From Candidatus Latescibacterota bacterium (lineage in GTDB: Bacteria; Latescibacterota; UBA2968; UBA8231), in assembly GCA_965248355.1 (NCBI GenBank), contig OZ252098.1:4000001-4064000 (forward strand): DNA of 64,000 nucleotides, in the 5' to 3' direction. Shown piece by piece: positions 22,683 to 32,361 of this stretch (positions within the stretch are counted from its first letter, which is position 1; each line of letters opens with the position of its first letter). The translations under genes and the position numbers were made by a program. The notes below the pieces were generated by a model. That model saw only the letters and a list, made by a program, of their open reading frames with translations. It did not search any database and was not told the origin of the DNA.

Positions 22683-23837
22683 ATGGCTCGCCAAACCGGT
22701 CAATACCGCAGTACCCGCACCTTGGGGGAGGAGGTTCGGGCCTTCGTTCCACACCCCCTGCCCCCGACCAATCCTGCCCTGGTGATGGATGAGCCCACGG
22801 CGGAGCTCCACGCCGCCGCGCGGACAGCCCTTGCGCGTCTGGCAGTGGCGGGCACGATGGTGCCCAGCACCGAGTGGTTCATCTACGGCTTCGTTCGCAA
22901 GGAGGCGGTCGTCACCTCGCAGATCGAAGGGACGCAGGCCACGCTCCGGGATGTTGTCACCTTCGAGGCCACGGAACAAAGCGAGCGTCCCGACGATGTC
23001 CGGGAGATCTGCAACTATGTGGATGCCCTCGCACACGCCCGGAGACAGATCGCGGCCCCCGGGGGTCTGCCGCTGAGTATCCGCCTCTTGTGCGATTCGC
23101 ACCGCATCCTGATGCGGGGTGTTCGCGGTGAGGGCAAGCGGCCCGGTGAGGTCCGCCGATCGCAGAACTGGATTGGCGGCAGCAGGCCCGGCAACGCCCG
23201 CTTTGTCCCACCGCCGCCCGAGGCCGTCCCCGGCGCCCTCGCGGCGCTGGAGCGGTGGTTGCATGACGATGGCCGTCTGCCGCCCCTGGTTCGGATTGGT
23301 CTCGCCCATGTGCAGTTCGAGACGATCCATCCGTTCCTCGATGGCAACGGCCGCATCGGCCGGCTCCTGATCGCGCTGCTCGTCGAGCATTGGGATCTGC
23401 TGGAGCAGCCCCTGCTCTACATCAGCCTGGCCTTCAAGCGTGAGCAGCAGGAGTACTACGCCCGGCTGTCGGAGGTTCGCAGCGACGGGGATTGGGAGGG
23501 CTGGATCGGGTTCTTCCTCGCCTGCGTGCGCGAGGCTGCCGAGGACGGAGTTCGTGTTGCGCAGGCGCTCCATGCTCTCGTAGGGCGCGATCGCAGCCGC
23601 ATCTTCGACTCCGACCGGTCGACCGTAGCCGCCATCCAGTTGCTCGAGCTTCTGCCCTGCAATCCGGTCGTCACGGTTCCCGGGGCGTCGACACTGCTCG
23701 GCCTGACGGCCCCTCCGACACGCAAGGCGATTGGGCTGCTGGAAGAGCTTGGCGTGCTTCGTGAGATCACCGGCAGGCGGCGCGGTCGCGCCTACGCCTA
23801 TGACGAGTACGTTCAAATCCTGACGGGCGACGAGTAG
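22683..23837 (+). CDS. Fic family protein (class II, N-terminal inhibitory helix, C-terminal HTH)
   Basis: HPFLDGNGRIGR; TSQIEG inhibitory motif; EITGRRRGR.Y tail. Confidence 0.93.
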   Translation: MARQTGQYRSTRTLGEEVRAFVPHPLPPTNPALVMDEPTAELHAAARTALARLAVAGTMVPSTEWFIYGFVRKEAVVTSQIEGTQATLRDVVTFEATEQSERPDDVREICNYVDALAHARRQIAAPGGLPLSIRLLCDSHRILMRGVRGEGKRPGEVRRSQNWIGGSRPGNARFVPPPPEAVPGALAALERWLHDDGRLPPLVRIGLAHVQFETIHPFLDGNGRIGRLLIALLVEHWDLLEQPLLYISLAFKREQQEYYARLSEVRSDGDWEGWIGFFLACVREAAEDGVRVAQALHALVGRDRSRIFDSDRSTVAAIQLLELLPCNPVVTVPGASTLLGLTAPPTRKAIGLLEELGVLREITGRRRGRAYAYDEYVQILTGDE

Positions 23838-23884
23838 GGATCCCATCCATAGGCTCTTCCACACGGGCAGGCGTACGATTATGA

Positions 23885-24169
23885 ATGGACTACCTGGCGG
23901 TAAAGGACCTCAAGAAAACCAGGGAACTCTGGGAAAGGCTTGCCAGTGAGCGAGAGCTGGTCATCACCCGGGACGGCAAGCCCTCGGCCTTGATGATCAG
24001 CATCTCACCGGAGACCGTGGAAGAGTCGTTGCGCGAGATTCGTCGGGCGCTGTTCTCAGCCGCCGTGAGCCGTGTGCGGAGGCGGGCCGAGAAGGAAGGG
24101 ATGCCGGACGACGCCGCGATTGCAGCGGAGATCGATCAGAGCAGGAAGGACCGCGGCCTGTCGTCTTGA
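23885..24169 (+). CDS. Phd/YefM-like antitoxin
   Basis: YLAVKDLK...ELVITRDGKP.ALM. Confidence 0.85.
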   Translation: MDYLAVKDLKKTRELWERLASERELVITRDGKPSALMISISPETVEESLREIRRALFSAAVSRVRRRAEKEGMPDDAAIAAEIDQSRKDRGLSS

Positions 24170-24591
24170 GAGTGGTCGTGGACACCAACGTCCTGGTATC
24201 GGGGCTGATCAACCCTCACGGCTACCCCGGGCGGATTGTCGATTTGCTGCGTGTGGATGTGTTGCAGGTGGTAGTGGATGACCGCATTCTGGCCGGGTAC
24301 CACGATGTCCTGGCTCGCGATGCTTTCCGTCGGTACTTCTCGAAGCCGGACCGGGAAGGCATACTGGACTACCTCGAAAACAACGCGCTGCACATTGCCC
24401 CCCGCCTGGTCCTGCCCCCCTTGCCGGATCCCGGTGACACGCCGTTCCTGGAGGTGGCTCTGTCCGAGGAGGTGCCCCTGGTGACAGGGAATGCGAGCCA
24501 CTTCCCTGCGGAAAGGCGGAAAAACTGCGAGGTGCTCAGTCCAAGGGAGTTTCTCCACACGCACCTTCCCGCCGAGTCAGAGGGGGAATGA
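24166..24591 (+). CDS. PIN-domain putative toxin (PIN_3 type)
   Basis: RVVVDTNVLVSGL, DPGD.PFLEVA, LVTGN..HF. Confidence 0.9.
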   Translation: MRVVVDTNVLVSGLINPHGYPGRIVDLLRVDVLQVVVDDRILAGYHDVLARDAFRRYFSKPDREGILDYLENNALHIAPRLVLPPLPDPGDTPFLEVALSEEVPLVTGNASHFPAERRKNCEVLSPREFLHTHLPAESEGE

Positions 24592-25345
24592 ACTCCGGCG
24601 CGCCCATCAGGACCTCCAGCCTCCGCCCCCGCCTTCGCGCCGCGGGGCTGGTCCTGCCCCTTCTGGCCTTCATCGGCCTGACCTTCATCGCGCCCCTGGC
24701 GACGATGCTGGTGCGCAGCGTCTACGACCCCGTGGTGGCCGATACCATGCCGGAAACCCTCGGCCTTCTGCGGGAGTGGGACGGCCAGGGCCCTCCCGCG
24801 GAGGCGGTGTACGAGGCGGCGGCGCGGGAGCTGGTGAAGGCGCGCTCCGAGCGCACCCTCGGCCAGGTGGCGACCCGCGTCAAACGCGTCCACGGCGGAC
24901 TGCGCAGCGTCCTGACCCGCAGCTCCCGGAAGCTGCAGCGCCTCGACGAGGGGCCCTGGCGCGAGGCCATGATCGCCGCCGACGGCGCCTCACGGTGACG
25001 GCCACCCTGTCGGCCTTCGACAACAATCTGACCCGCGCCGCCGCCAGCCTCGGCGCCGGACCGCTACGCACCTTCCGCAGCGTGCAGCTGCCGCTCATCG
25101 CTCCCGGCGTCATCTCCGGGGGCCTCTTCGCCTTCGCCACCTCCTTCGACGAGGTCGTGGCCGTGCTCTTCATGGCCGGCATCGAGCAGCGCACCATCCC
25201 GCGCCAGATGTGGGCCGGCATCCGCGAGCAGATCAGCCCCGCCATCCTGGCGGTGGCGACCTTCCTCATCGTCTTCGCCGTGCTGCTGCTGTTCGTTGTG
25301 GAGTGGCTGCGCCGGCGCTCGGCCGGGAGCGCGGCGGCGGCCTGA
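24588..25345 (+). pseudogene. PotB-like permease N-terminus joined out of frame to PotC-like permease C-terminus (internal deletion)
   Basis: LVLPLLAFIGLTFIAP... ends ~24990; the other frame continues LTRAAASLGA...SFDEVV...TIPRQMW to 25345. Confidence 0.85.
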
Positions 25346-25352
25346 TCGGCGT

Positions 25353-25722
25353 CTAGTCGTCGAGAAGGGCCCTGGCGGTCTGCCTCGCCTCGTCCAGGGT
25401 CTCGACCACGCGGTCCTCCGGAACGTCCCGCAGGATATCGAGGGTGCCGAGGGTCTTCTCCACCGAGCCCGAGAGACCCATGACCACGCACTCCGTCCGT
25501 TCCTTGCCGGCCACCTCGATGAGTTGCCGGATCAGCATGGCGGCGCTGTCGTCGAGGTTAGGTGGCCCCGGAGAAGTCGAAGATGACGACCTCGTGGTCC
25601 TTGATGTCGCCGCCGATGACGGCGACCAGCTTGGTGGAGGAGGCGACGGTGGGCAGGGCCACCACCATGGAGGTGACGGCGCCGAAGAGGTCCCCGCGCA
25701 GGGTACGGAGATCGTAGTTCAT
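25353..25722 (-). pseudogene. SulP anion permease remnant: first ~24 codons joined to a STAS domain, plus frameshift
   Basis: MNYDLRTLRGDLFGAVTSMVVALP|TVASSTKL...VIFDFSGAT, extra base near 25559, then LDDSAAMLI... Confidence 0.8.
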
Positions 25723-25757
25723 GACGGGCCGTCCTGCCGCTCAGCTGCTCACCGCGT

Positions 25758-26592
25758 TCAGCCCGGGAGGCGGGTCCAGGCGGTCACGTGGGGGGGCAGG
25801 CGCAGCGGGCGCTTCGAGGTCACCACCTCCCGCCGGACGCGCTCGGCCAGGGTATCCACGTCGACCTGATCGGCCGTCGCCATCCCGAACTGCTCGAGCA
25901 GCGGGACCAGGCTGCGGAAGCTGTTGGCGATGAAGGAATAGCCCGCCCAGTCCTCGGGACCGCCCACGGGGGACTCGAAGTGCATGTACGGCTCGGGCAG
26001 GCCGGCCTCGACGTAGGCGCGGTACAGGTCGAGCCCATGTCGAGGTGGGCCCCCGAGCGCTCGAACACGCCCAGACCCCAGTCGACGAGCTGATTCATCA
26101 GGGGCGTGTCGTCGTGATACGTATTCCGGTAGGGGCTGAAGTCGACCTCCTGGAAGGCGACGATTCCCCCCGGGCGCAGGCGGACCGCCAGCTGCCTGAG
26201 GGCGTCGGCGGGATCGGCCATGTACATGAGGACCAGGCGGCCGATGAGGGCGTCGAAGTCGCCCCCCAGATCGAGAGTGCGGGCGTCCCCCGCGAAGAAC
26301 TCGACGTTCTCGAACCCCGCCTCCCCGGCCCGGGCCCGCGCCGTCTCGAGAATCGCCGGGTTCACGTCCACGCCCACCACGGCCCCCTCCGGCCCGACCA
26401 CCTCGGCGGCGGTCATGGTCACGTCCCCGGTGCCGCTGCCGATGTCGAGCACCCTCATCCCGCGGCCCAGGCCGCCATGTTGAGGAGGCGCCGCGTCACC
26501 GCGTCGTAGAGCTGCGACTGCTGGATCAGGCGCTCCTCCTCCTCCTTGCTGCGGCCCATGGTGTACCGGGCGTCGCCCCTGGTCTCGCTCAT
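25758..26592 (-). pseudogene. Class I SAM methyltransferase with two frameshifts (or sequencing errors)
   Basis: Three consecutive frames: YTMGRSKEEEERL.., VLDIGSGTGD..LRPGG, ...VTAWTRLPG; slips near 26475 and 26034. Confidence 0.8.
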
Positions 26593-27272
26593 GGCCTCGT
26601 CCTTTTCGTTTCGTCCATCCGCAGCCGGTCCTCCCGGCTCATGAACGGCTGATAGCGCTCCACCAACTCGGCCAGGCTCTCTTCCACCGTCGCCGTCGAC
26701 GTGTCGAGGACGATGCGCCGCTGGATCAGGGCGGCTTCGAACTCCTCCTCGAAGCGAGCCAGCACGTGCTCCACGTCCGGCTCGCGCACGATCGGGTGCT
26801 CGTGGGGGGCCTCCTGCATGCGCCGGCGGATCACCTCCGGGCCGGCCTTCAGCAGCACCAGCACGGTGCCGGGAGCCTTGGCCAGCATCTCGCTCTCGAA
26901 GCGCCGCGCCATCCCGGTCCGCTGGCCTTCGGGGCTGCGCTTGGGGGCCCCGGAGTCGGGGCCGCCGTACCCGTAATAGAGGGGCGCGTACACCGCCTCC
27001 TCGATGACGAAGCCCATCAGGTTGTGGTCGTGATTCGAGTAGAAGGAGTCGCTCAGGTGGTAGGTCAGGGAGTAGCGCTGGAACATCTCCAGGAACTGGG
27101 GATGGACGGCCAGCACCGACTCCCGGGCTTCGGGCGAGAGCTCGCTCGAGGGTACGCTGAAGTGATCGTGGAAGTGGCTGGTCCCGCCCAGGGCCTCCTG
27201 GGCCCACTGCATCACCTCGGCGGCGACGGTGGACTTGCCCGCGTATTCACATCCGACAAAGACGAGGTTCAT
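26589..27272 (-). CDS. P-loop NMP-kinase-like hypothetical protein
   Basis: VFVGCEYAGKST Walker A; LVLLKA.PEVI.RR; LDTS. Confidence 0.75.
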   Translation of the reverse strand: MNLVFVGCEYAGKSTVAAEVMQWAQEALGGTSHFHDHFSVPSSELSPEARESVLAVHPQFLEMFQRYSLTYHLSDSFYSNHDHNLMGFVIEEAVYAPLYYGYGGPDSGAPKRSPEGQRTGMARRFESEMLAKAPGTVLVLLKAGPEVIRRRMQEAPHEHPIVREPDVEHVLARFEEEFEAALIQRRIVLDTSTATVEESLAELVERYQPFMSREDRLRMDETKRTRP

Positions 27273-27331
27273 CGGCCACCTTGACGGGAAGAGGAAGGCT
27301 CGGCTATCATGCGGCCGGGCGAATATAGCCG

Positions 27332-27813
27332 ATGAACACCCCCTCGCAATCCTACCGCCACAAGCAGTTCGGCACCACCATCGTGGCCATCTCCCTCCCC
27401 GCCCTGATGGTGCCTCTGCTCGTGGTGTGGTTCAACAAGGCCCGGCCGTCCTCTCGGTCCTGGCGGCGGTGGCGGGGATCCAGGTCCTGGTGCTCCTGCT
27501 CTTCGGCAGCCTGACGGTGGAGATCTCCGGGGGGCACGTGAGGATCCGCTTCGGCGCCGGCCTGATCCGCAAGCGCTGGCCCCTCGACGGGATCGAGGCC
27601 TGCCGGCCGGTGAGGACTTCCTGGATCGACGGCTGGGGCATCCGCCTGACTCGGAGGGGCTGGCTCTACAATGTCTCGGGGCTGGACGCCGTGGAGCTGA
27701 GGATGAGGAACGGGAAGGCCGTCAGCATCGGCACCGACGAGCCGCAGGCGCTGTGCGCCGCTCTCGAGGAGGCCCTGGCCGGCCGGAACCCTCCGGATTC
27801 CGCAGGCCCCTGA
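27332..27813 (+). pseudogene. Small membrane protein with bacterial PH-like domain, frameshifted near 27445
   Basis: Y.HKQFGT.. in one frame; LTVEI..GWGIR..GWLYNVSGLDAVEL..IGTDEP in another; promoter TTGACG 27281 / TATCAT 27305. Confidence 0.7.
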
Positions 27814-27858
27814 CCGACCCCGCCCGCCCGAGCCATCCGCGGTCACCTGCGGCCCGGG

Positions 27859-30498
27859 TCATCCGCCGGCGCCGTCCGGCCCCGCATCCGGCACCATGTA
27901 GAGCGTCCACTCTCCCCCTTCCCCCGCGGTCACCACGGCCCAGTCCGGGTCCCAGGCGCCTGCCGGCGTGAGCACGGTGAACCCCTGCGGCAGGCGGATG
28001 CACAGCTCCACGTCGCCGCGCGCCTCCAGCTCCTCCGCGAAGCCCCGGCCGCACCTCGAGGCGGGCAGGAGTGGATCCTCCGCCTCCACCCGGCTCATCT
28101 CGTACCAGCCGTCCTTCCGCCCGTACTTGACCCCCCCGGTCAGCAGGGCGGCCAGGCTCTTCCGAATCCCGGCCGCCGCCGCGGCGGCGAACTCGTGGGG
28201 GCTGGCCAGGGCCGCCTCCTTGTCGGGCGCCGCCCGGAAGATCTCCAGCATCGTGCGGCGCGTCACCCGGACCGGCGGCGAGGTGCGCTCCAGGAGATCG
28301 GCCATGACCTCCAGAAGGTTGGGCAGGGCGGACCCCCCGGAGTCGGCGACGCTCTGGTGAGCGCCGCACCGCCGGGCCTCACTCTGCGCCCGCGCCTCGA
28401 AGGCGCCCTCGCCCTTCACCTCGAGCCGCCCCCGGGCGATGGTCAGCCCCGGCCGCGCCAGGGGGCGACTCTCCAGCTCGCGGCGGGCCCCGGCCACGAG
28501 CCGGTCCGTGTCGATGCGCAGGGCGAAGCGGGTCCGGGCCTCGACGCGCTCCCAGAGCCGCCGGAACTCCGGGCTCAGCTCGCCGTCCCGCCCACGGGAG
28601 GGCCGGGCGCCCGCCCGCCGGGGCGCCGGCGGCAGGATCCCGGCGCCGTACTCCTCCTCGAGGCGGCGCCGCTCCTCCTCGCCGAGGGCGGACAGGGGCC
28701 GGCCGCAGCGGCTCTCGATCGCCTCCCGGTACTCCTCGGCGATCTCCCGCTGAAGGCCGGCGGCGTAGCGCCGGTAGCTCTCGTTGGCCACCACCGTCAG
28801 GACGTTGACCTCGCCGTCCCGCACACGGCGGCCCTCCTGGTCGACGCAGAGCCGCATGCCCCGGCCCACCTCCTGGCGCTTCCGCACCTCGGAGACGGAC
28901 TGGTTCAGGGTGCAGATCTGGAAGACGTTGGGGTTGTCCCAGCCCTCGCGCAGGGCCGAGTGGGAGAACAGGAAGGCCACCTGCTTCCGGCGCCGGGTCT
29001 CGCCGCCGTCCGCGGCCCCCGGGAAGGAGAGCAGGGTCTCCTTGTCCCGCATGATCAGGGCGTAGGCGGCCTCGTCCTCGGCGCTCTCTCCGGAGACCGA
29101 GTCCAGCCACTCCAGGGCGCCGCCCCGCCGCCGCCGCTGGGCGAAGTACCCGGCCTGCACCGCTGCCGGCTCGAGGTCCCGCGACTCCGGCCAGCCGCCC
29201 TTCAGGTCGTTGAAGGCCTCGTCGAAGAGCCGCCGGATCAGCCCGTCCGGCCTCGCGTAGCTGGCCACGCGGTCGATGAAGAACAGGGAGAGGACCTTGA
29301 TGCCGGCGGGCCTGAGGCGGGCCTGCTTGCGGAAGTGCTCGGTCACGGTGAGGCGAATCTGCTCCCGGAAGAGGGCCTCCCGGTCCGGGCCGTGCTCCTC
29401 GCCGGCGCGCAGCTCCACGTCGTTGGTGAAGCGGACCACGCCGAGGCCGGCGTCGATCTCGTCCACGTCGAATCCGCGGTACTCCGAGCGGCCGGTCTTG
29501 GCGGCCAGGGAATCGCCGCGCCCCACGGTGACCGTGCTCTCGCGCACCGCCCCGCTGCCGGAGGGTTTGCGCACCACGAGGCGCGCCGTGACGCGGCGCT
29601 TCCCGCTCTTCACGCCGGCCACGCGGACGTAGGCCCGGCCGGCGTCCTCCTCCCGGGACACGGAGGCCACCTCGATGCCCTTCACCAGGCCCTGGCGGTA
29701 GGCCTCGAAGGGGGTCAGGCGGCAGACCAGGTTGTAGGGCCGGCGGTGGGTGGCGCTGTAGCGCAGGGCCAGCAGGGGGTCCAGGGAGGCCAGGGCCGCC
29801 CGGCTCTTCGGGCTCTCCATGTTCTGGGGCTCGTCAAGGACCAGGACCGGCCGGGCGGCCTGGATGAACTCGATGGGGGCCCGCCCCTGAAGGCGGTCGG
29901 AGCGCTGGCGGATGACGTTGGCCGACTTGTTGAAGGCGTCGATCGTCATCACCAGGACCTCGACGCCGCCGGAGAGGGCGAACTGGCAGACCTGGGAGCG
30001 GCTCGAGGCGTCGTACTCGGCGTGGCGCAGGACCGTGTTGCCGTAGAGGCGGGAGAAGTGGTCCCGGGTCACCCGCAGGCTCTTCAGGACCCCCTCGCGG
30101 ATCGCCACCGAGGGCACGACGACGATGAACTTCCGCAGGCCGTAGCGGTGGAACAGCTCCAGGATGGTGCGCAGGTAGACGTAGGTCTTGCCCGTGCCCG
30201 TCTCCATCTCCACGGAGAAGTTCCAGAAGCGCACCCGGCGGCTCCCGCCGGGGGCCTCGATCTCCTCCTCGATGGCGCGCAGCCCGTCGTCGGGGCGGAT
30301 GCCGTTGCCTGCCTGCACCCGCCGGAGGTTGGCCAGCAGCCGCTCCTCGTCCAGGTCGAGCCGGTTGGCCACCGCGGGCAGGTCCCCGGGCCCGAGGTCC
30401 ACCGCCGCCTCGATCGGGGGCTGCCCGAGGAGCAGGTCGGCCACCGCCTCGACGGCCCGCACCTGGAAGGGCTGGTGGGCGTCGAACCTCAGCTTCAC
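27859..30498 (-). CDS. res: Type III restriction enzyme Res subunit, nuclease domain apparently degenerate
   Basis: METGTGKT, DEPQ, EGWDNPNVFQICTL, QEVGRGMR; C-terminal PDW not followed by ETK. Confidence 0.9.
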   Translation of the reverse strand: MKLRFDAHQPFQVRAVEAVADLLLGQPPIEAAVDLGPGDLPAVANRLDLDEERLLANLRRVQAGNGIRPDDGLRAIEEEIEAPGGSRRVRFWNFSVEMETGTGKTYVYLRTILELFHRYGLRKFIVVVPSVAIREGVLKSLRVTRDHFSRLYGNTVLRHAEYDASSRSQVCQFALSGGVEVLVMTIDAFNKSANVIRQRSDRLQGRAPIEFIQAARPVLVLDEPQNMESPKSRAALASLDPLLALRYSATHRRPYNLVCRLTPFEAYRQGLVKGIEVASVSREEDAGRAYVRVAGVKSGKRRVTARLVVRKPSGSGAVRESTVTVGRGDSLAAKTGRSEYRGFDVDEIDAGLGVVRFTNDVELRAGEEHGPDREALFREQIRLTVTEHFRKQARLRPAGIKVLSLFFIDRVASYARPDGLIRRLFDEAFNDLKGGWPESRDLEPAAVQAGYFAQRRRRGGALEWLDSVSGESAEDEAAYALIMRDKETLLSFPGAADGGETRRRKQVAFLFSHSALREGWDNPNVFQICTLNQSVSEVRKRQEVGRGMRLCVDQEGRRVRDGEVNVLTVVANESYRRYAAGLQREIAEEYREAIESRCGRPLSALGEEERRRLEEEYGAGILPPAPRRAGARPSRGRDGELSPEFRRLWERVEARTRFALRIDTDRLVAGARRELESRPLARPGLTIARGRLEVKGEGAFEARAQSEARRCGAHQSVADSGGSALPNLLEVMADLLERTSPPVRVTRRTMLEIFRAAPDKEAALASPHEFAAAAAAGIRKSLAALLTGGVKYGRKDGWYEMSRVEAEDPLLPASRCGRGFAEELEARGDVELCIRLPQGFTVLTPAGAWDPDWAVVTAGEGGEWTLYMVPDAGPDGAGG

Positions 30499-30502
30499 GG
30501 CA

Positions 30503-32335
30503 TCAGAGGGTCTTGAGGCGGCAGGCCATGGCCGCGTTGGCGGCTGTCTCGTCCGTGAGCGCCGAGTCCCGGCAGATGAGCAGGTCCTCCCGGCCAAGCC
30601 CGAGGGACTCCAGGCTCTCCGCCTTCAGCTCGCCGTCCAGGCAGAGATGGAAGGACTGCTCCCGCTCCTCGTCGGTGACGCGGTAGACCACGTTCTCTCC
30701 GGTGCCGTCGAGCGCCGTCACCCGGCCGTCCAGGCCGAAGCCCTCCTTGAGGGCCACCTCGAAGAGGACGTCCATCGGCTTCCAGCCCTCGACGAGGGGA
30801 TCGACGAACCCCTCCAGGGTCTGCTCGTACTCCTCCGGGTCCGCCGCCTCCATTGTGGACCACCGGCGGAAGTTGCTCTCCCCCAGCCTGAACAGGCGGA
30901 AGCCGGGGTCCTCCGGATCGAGACCGTCGCGGCCCGTCCCGCCGCCGTCCTCCCGCAGCCGCGCGATGCTGCGCCGCAGGCGCTCGGCGCCGATCTCGGC
31001 GATGGTGCGGAATCCCTCCGCCCTGGCCGTGGAGTCCGCTCCCGTGGGCTCCGGCAGCTGCACCAGGATCCACCGCCGCCGGCCGCCGTCCTCGCGGTTC
31101 AGCTCCATCACCGCCTGGCCGGTGGTCCCGGAGCCGGCGAAGAAGTCCAGAACGATGTCCCCCGGCCCGGTGGCGATGGCGCACAGGTGCTTGATCAGGC
31201 GCACCGGCTTGGCCCGCTCCAGGACCTCGGCCCCGAAAATGGCGGTGAGATCCGTCTTGCCCGTGCGCGTGCGGCCGAAGCGCCGGTCCACCAGCAGGCT
31301 GCGCGGCCGGGACCCCTCCTTCTCGTAGTTGCGCGTATACACGTGGGGCCAGCGGAAGACCAGCTCGTCGCAGCGCTCCTCCACCGTCTTCCGGGACCAG
31401 CGCCAGCGCGCCACCTTGTGCCGGGGGTTGGCGTGGGGCACGCGGTAGGTTCGGCCGTCCGGCCCCTCGATGGGGAAGTCCAGGCTTTCCTGGTATCCCA
31501 GGGTCGGCTTGTCCAGCCGGTCGAGGCTGTAGCGGCGGCCCTCGCCGTCGGTCTGGTTGTAGCGGGTCGCCACCGTGGCCCCCCGGTCCAGGAAGAGGGA
31601 GGGGGACCGCGAGCGGCCGTAGGCGAGGATGTACTCGTGATCGACGACGATCTCCTTGGCGTCCGACCCGCCCCCGGACTTCTTCTTCCAGATCAGGTCG
31701 GCCACCAGGTTCTCCTCGCCGAAGATCTCGTTCATGAGCAGCTGCAGGTTGTGGCGCTCGTGCTCGTCGATGGAGACGAAGATGATCCCGTCCTCCCGCA
31801 GCAGCTGCCGGGCGAGGAACAGCCGCGGGTACATCATGCTCAGCCAGGCCGAGTGGTAGCGGCCCGAGGTCTCGGGGTTGCTGGTCAGCAGGTTCCCCTG
31901 TTGATCCGCCTGCCCGGTGAGCTGCAGATAGGTCTCCAGGGGATCGGCGAAGTCGTCGGGGTAGACGAACTCGCCGCCCGTGTTGTACGGCGGGTCGATG
32001 TAGATCATCTTGACCCGCCCGGCGCAGGGCTTGTAGAGGAGCTTGAGGGCCTCGAGGTTGTCGCCCTCGATGAAGACGTTGCGCGCCGCCTCGAACCCGG
32101 CCGAGGCCTCCGGCGCCGGGGCGAGGGTGGCGCGCGCCGGCGCCTGCAGCAGGCGGATCGCCCCGCCCTTGCCGGCCCAGGTGAAGGCGTAGCGCTCGGG
32201 GCCGTCGTCAACGGCCTCGCCCAGGGCCTCCCGCAGCCGGCCGAAGTCGACGCGGCCCTCGGTGAAGGCCTCCGGGAAGAGCGCCTTCAGGGTTTCCAGG
32301 CGCGCCTCCGCGGGAGGGCTCGACGCGCGTCTCAC
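30503..32335 (-). CDS. mod: Type III R-M methyltransferase Mod subunit
   Basis: IEGDNLE, YIDPPYNTG, HSAWLSMMYPRL, DFFAGSGTT; GTG start at 32335. Confidence 0.93.
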   Translation of the reverse strand: MRRASSPPAEARLETLKALFPEAFTEGRVDFGRLREALGEAVDDGPERYAFTWAGKGGAIRLLQAPARATLAPAPEASAGFEAARNVFIEGDNLEALKLLYKPCAGRVKMIYIDPPYNTGGEFVYPDDFADPLETYLQLTGQADQQGNLLTSNPETSGRYHSAWLSMMYPRLFLARQLLREDGIIFVSIDEHERHNLQLLMNEIFGEENLVADLIWKKKSGGGSDAKEIVVDHEYILAYGRSRSPSLFLDRGATVATRYNQTDGEGRRYSLDRLDKPTLGYQESLDFPIEGPDGRTYRVPHANPRHKVARWRWSRKTVEERCDELVFRWPHVYTRNYEKEGSRPRSLLVDRRFGRTRTGKTDLTAIFGAEVLERAKPVRLIKHLCAIATGPGDIVLDFFAGSGTTGQAVMELNREDGGRRRWILVQLPEPTGADSTARAEGFRTIAEIGAERLRRSIARLREDGGGTGRDGLDPEDPGFRLFRLGESNFRRWSTMEAADPEEYEQTLEGFVDPLVEGWKPMDVLFEVALKEGFGLDGRVTALDGTGENVVYRVTDEEREQSFHLCLDGELKAESLESLGLGREDLLICRDSALTDETAANAAMACRLKTL

Positions 32336-32361
32336 CTTCCCCGGCCGGCCGCCGGGGTCCA

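Noticed and set aside
19426..24591. Classical integron or IS composite
   Set aside because: No IntI, transposase, terminal IRs or recognisable attC (RYYYAAC...GTTRRRY) sites at the cassette ends.
30503..32335. Phase-variable mod (phasevarion)
   Set aside because: No simple-sequence repeat tract seen in the gene or upstream.
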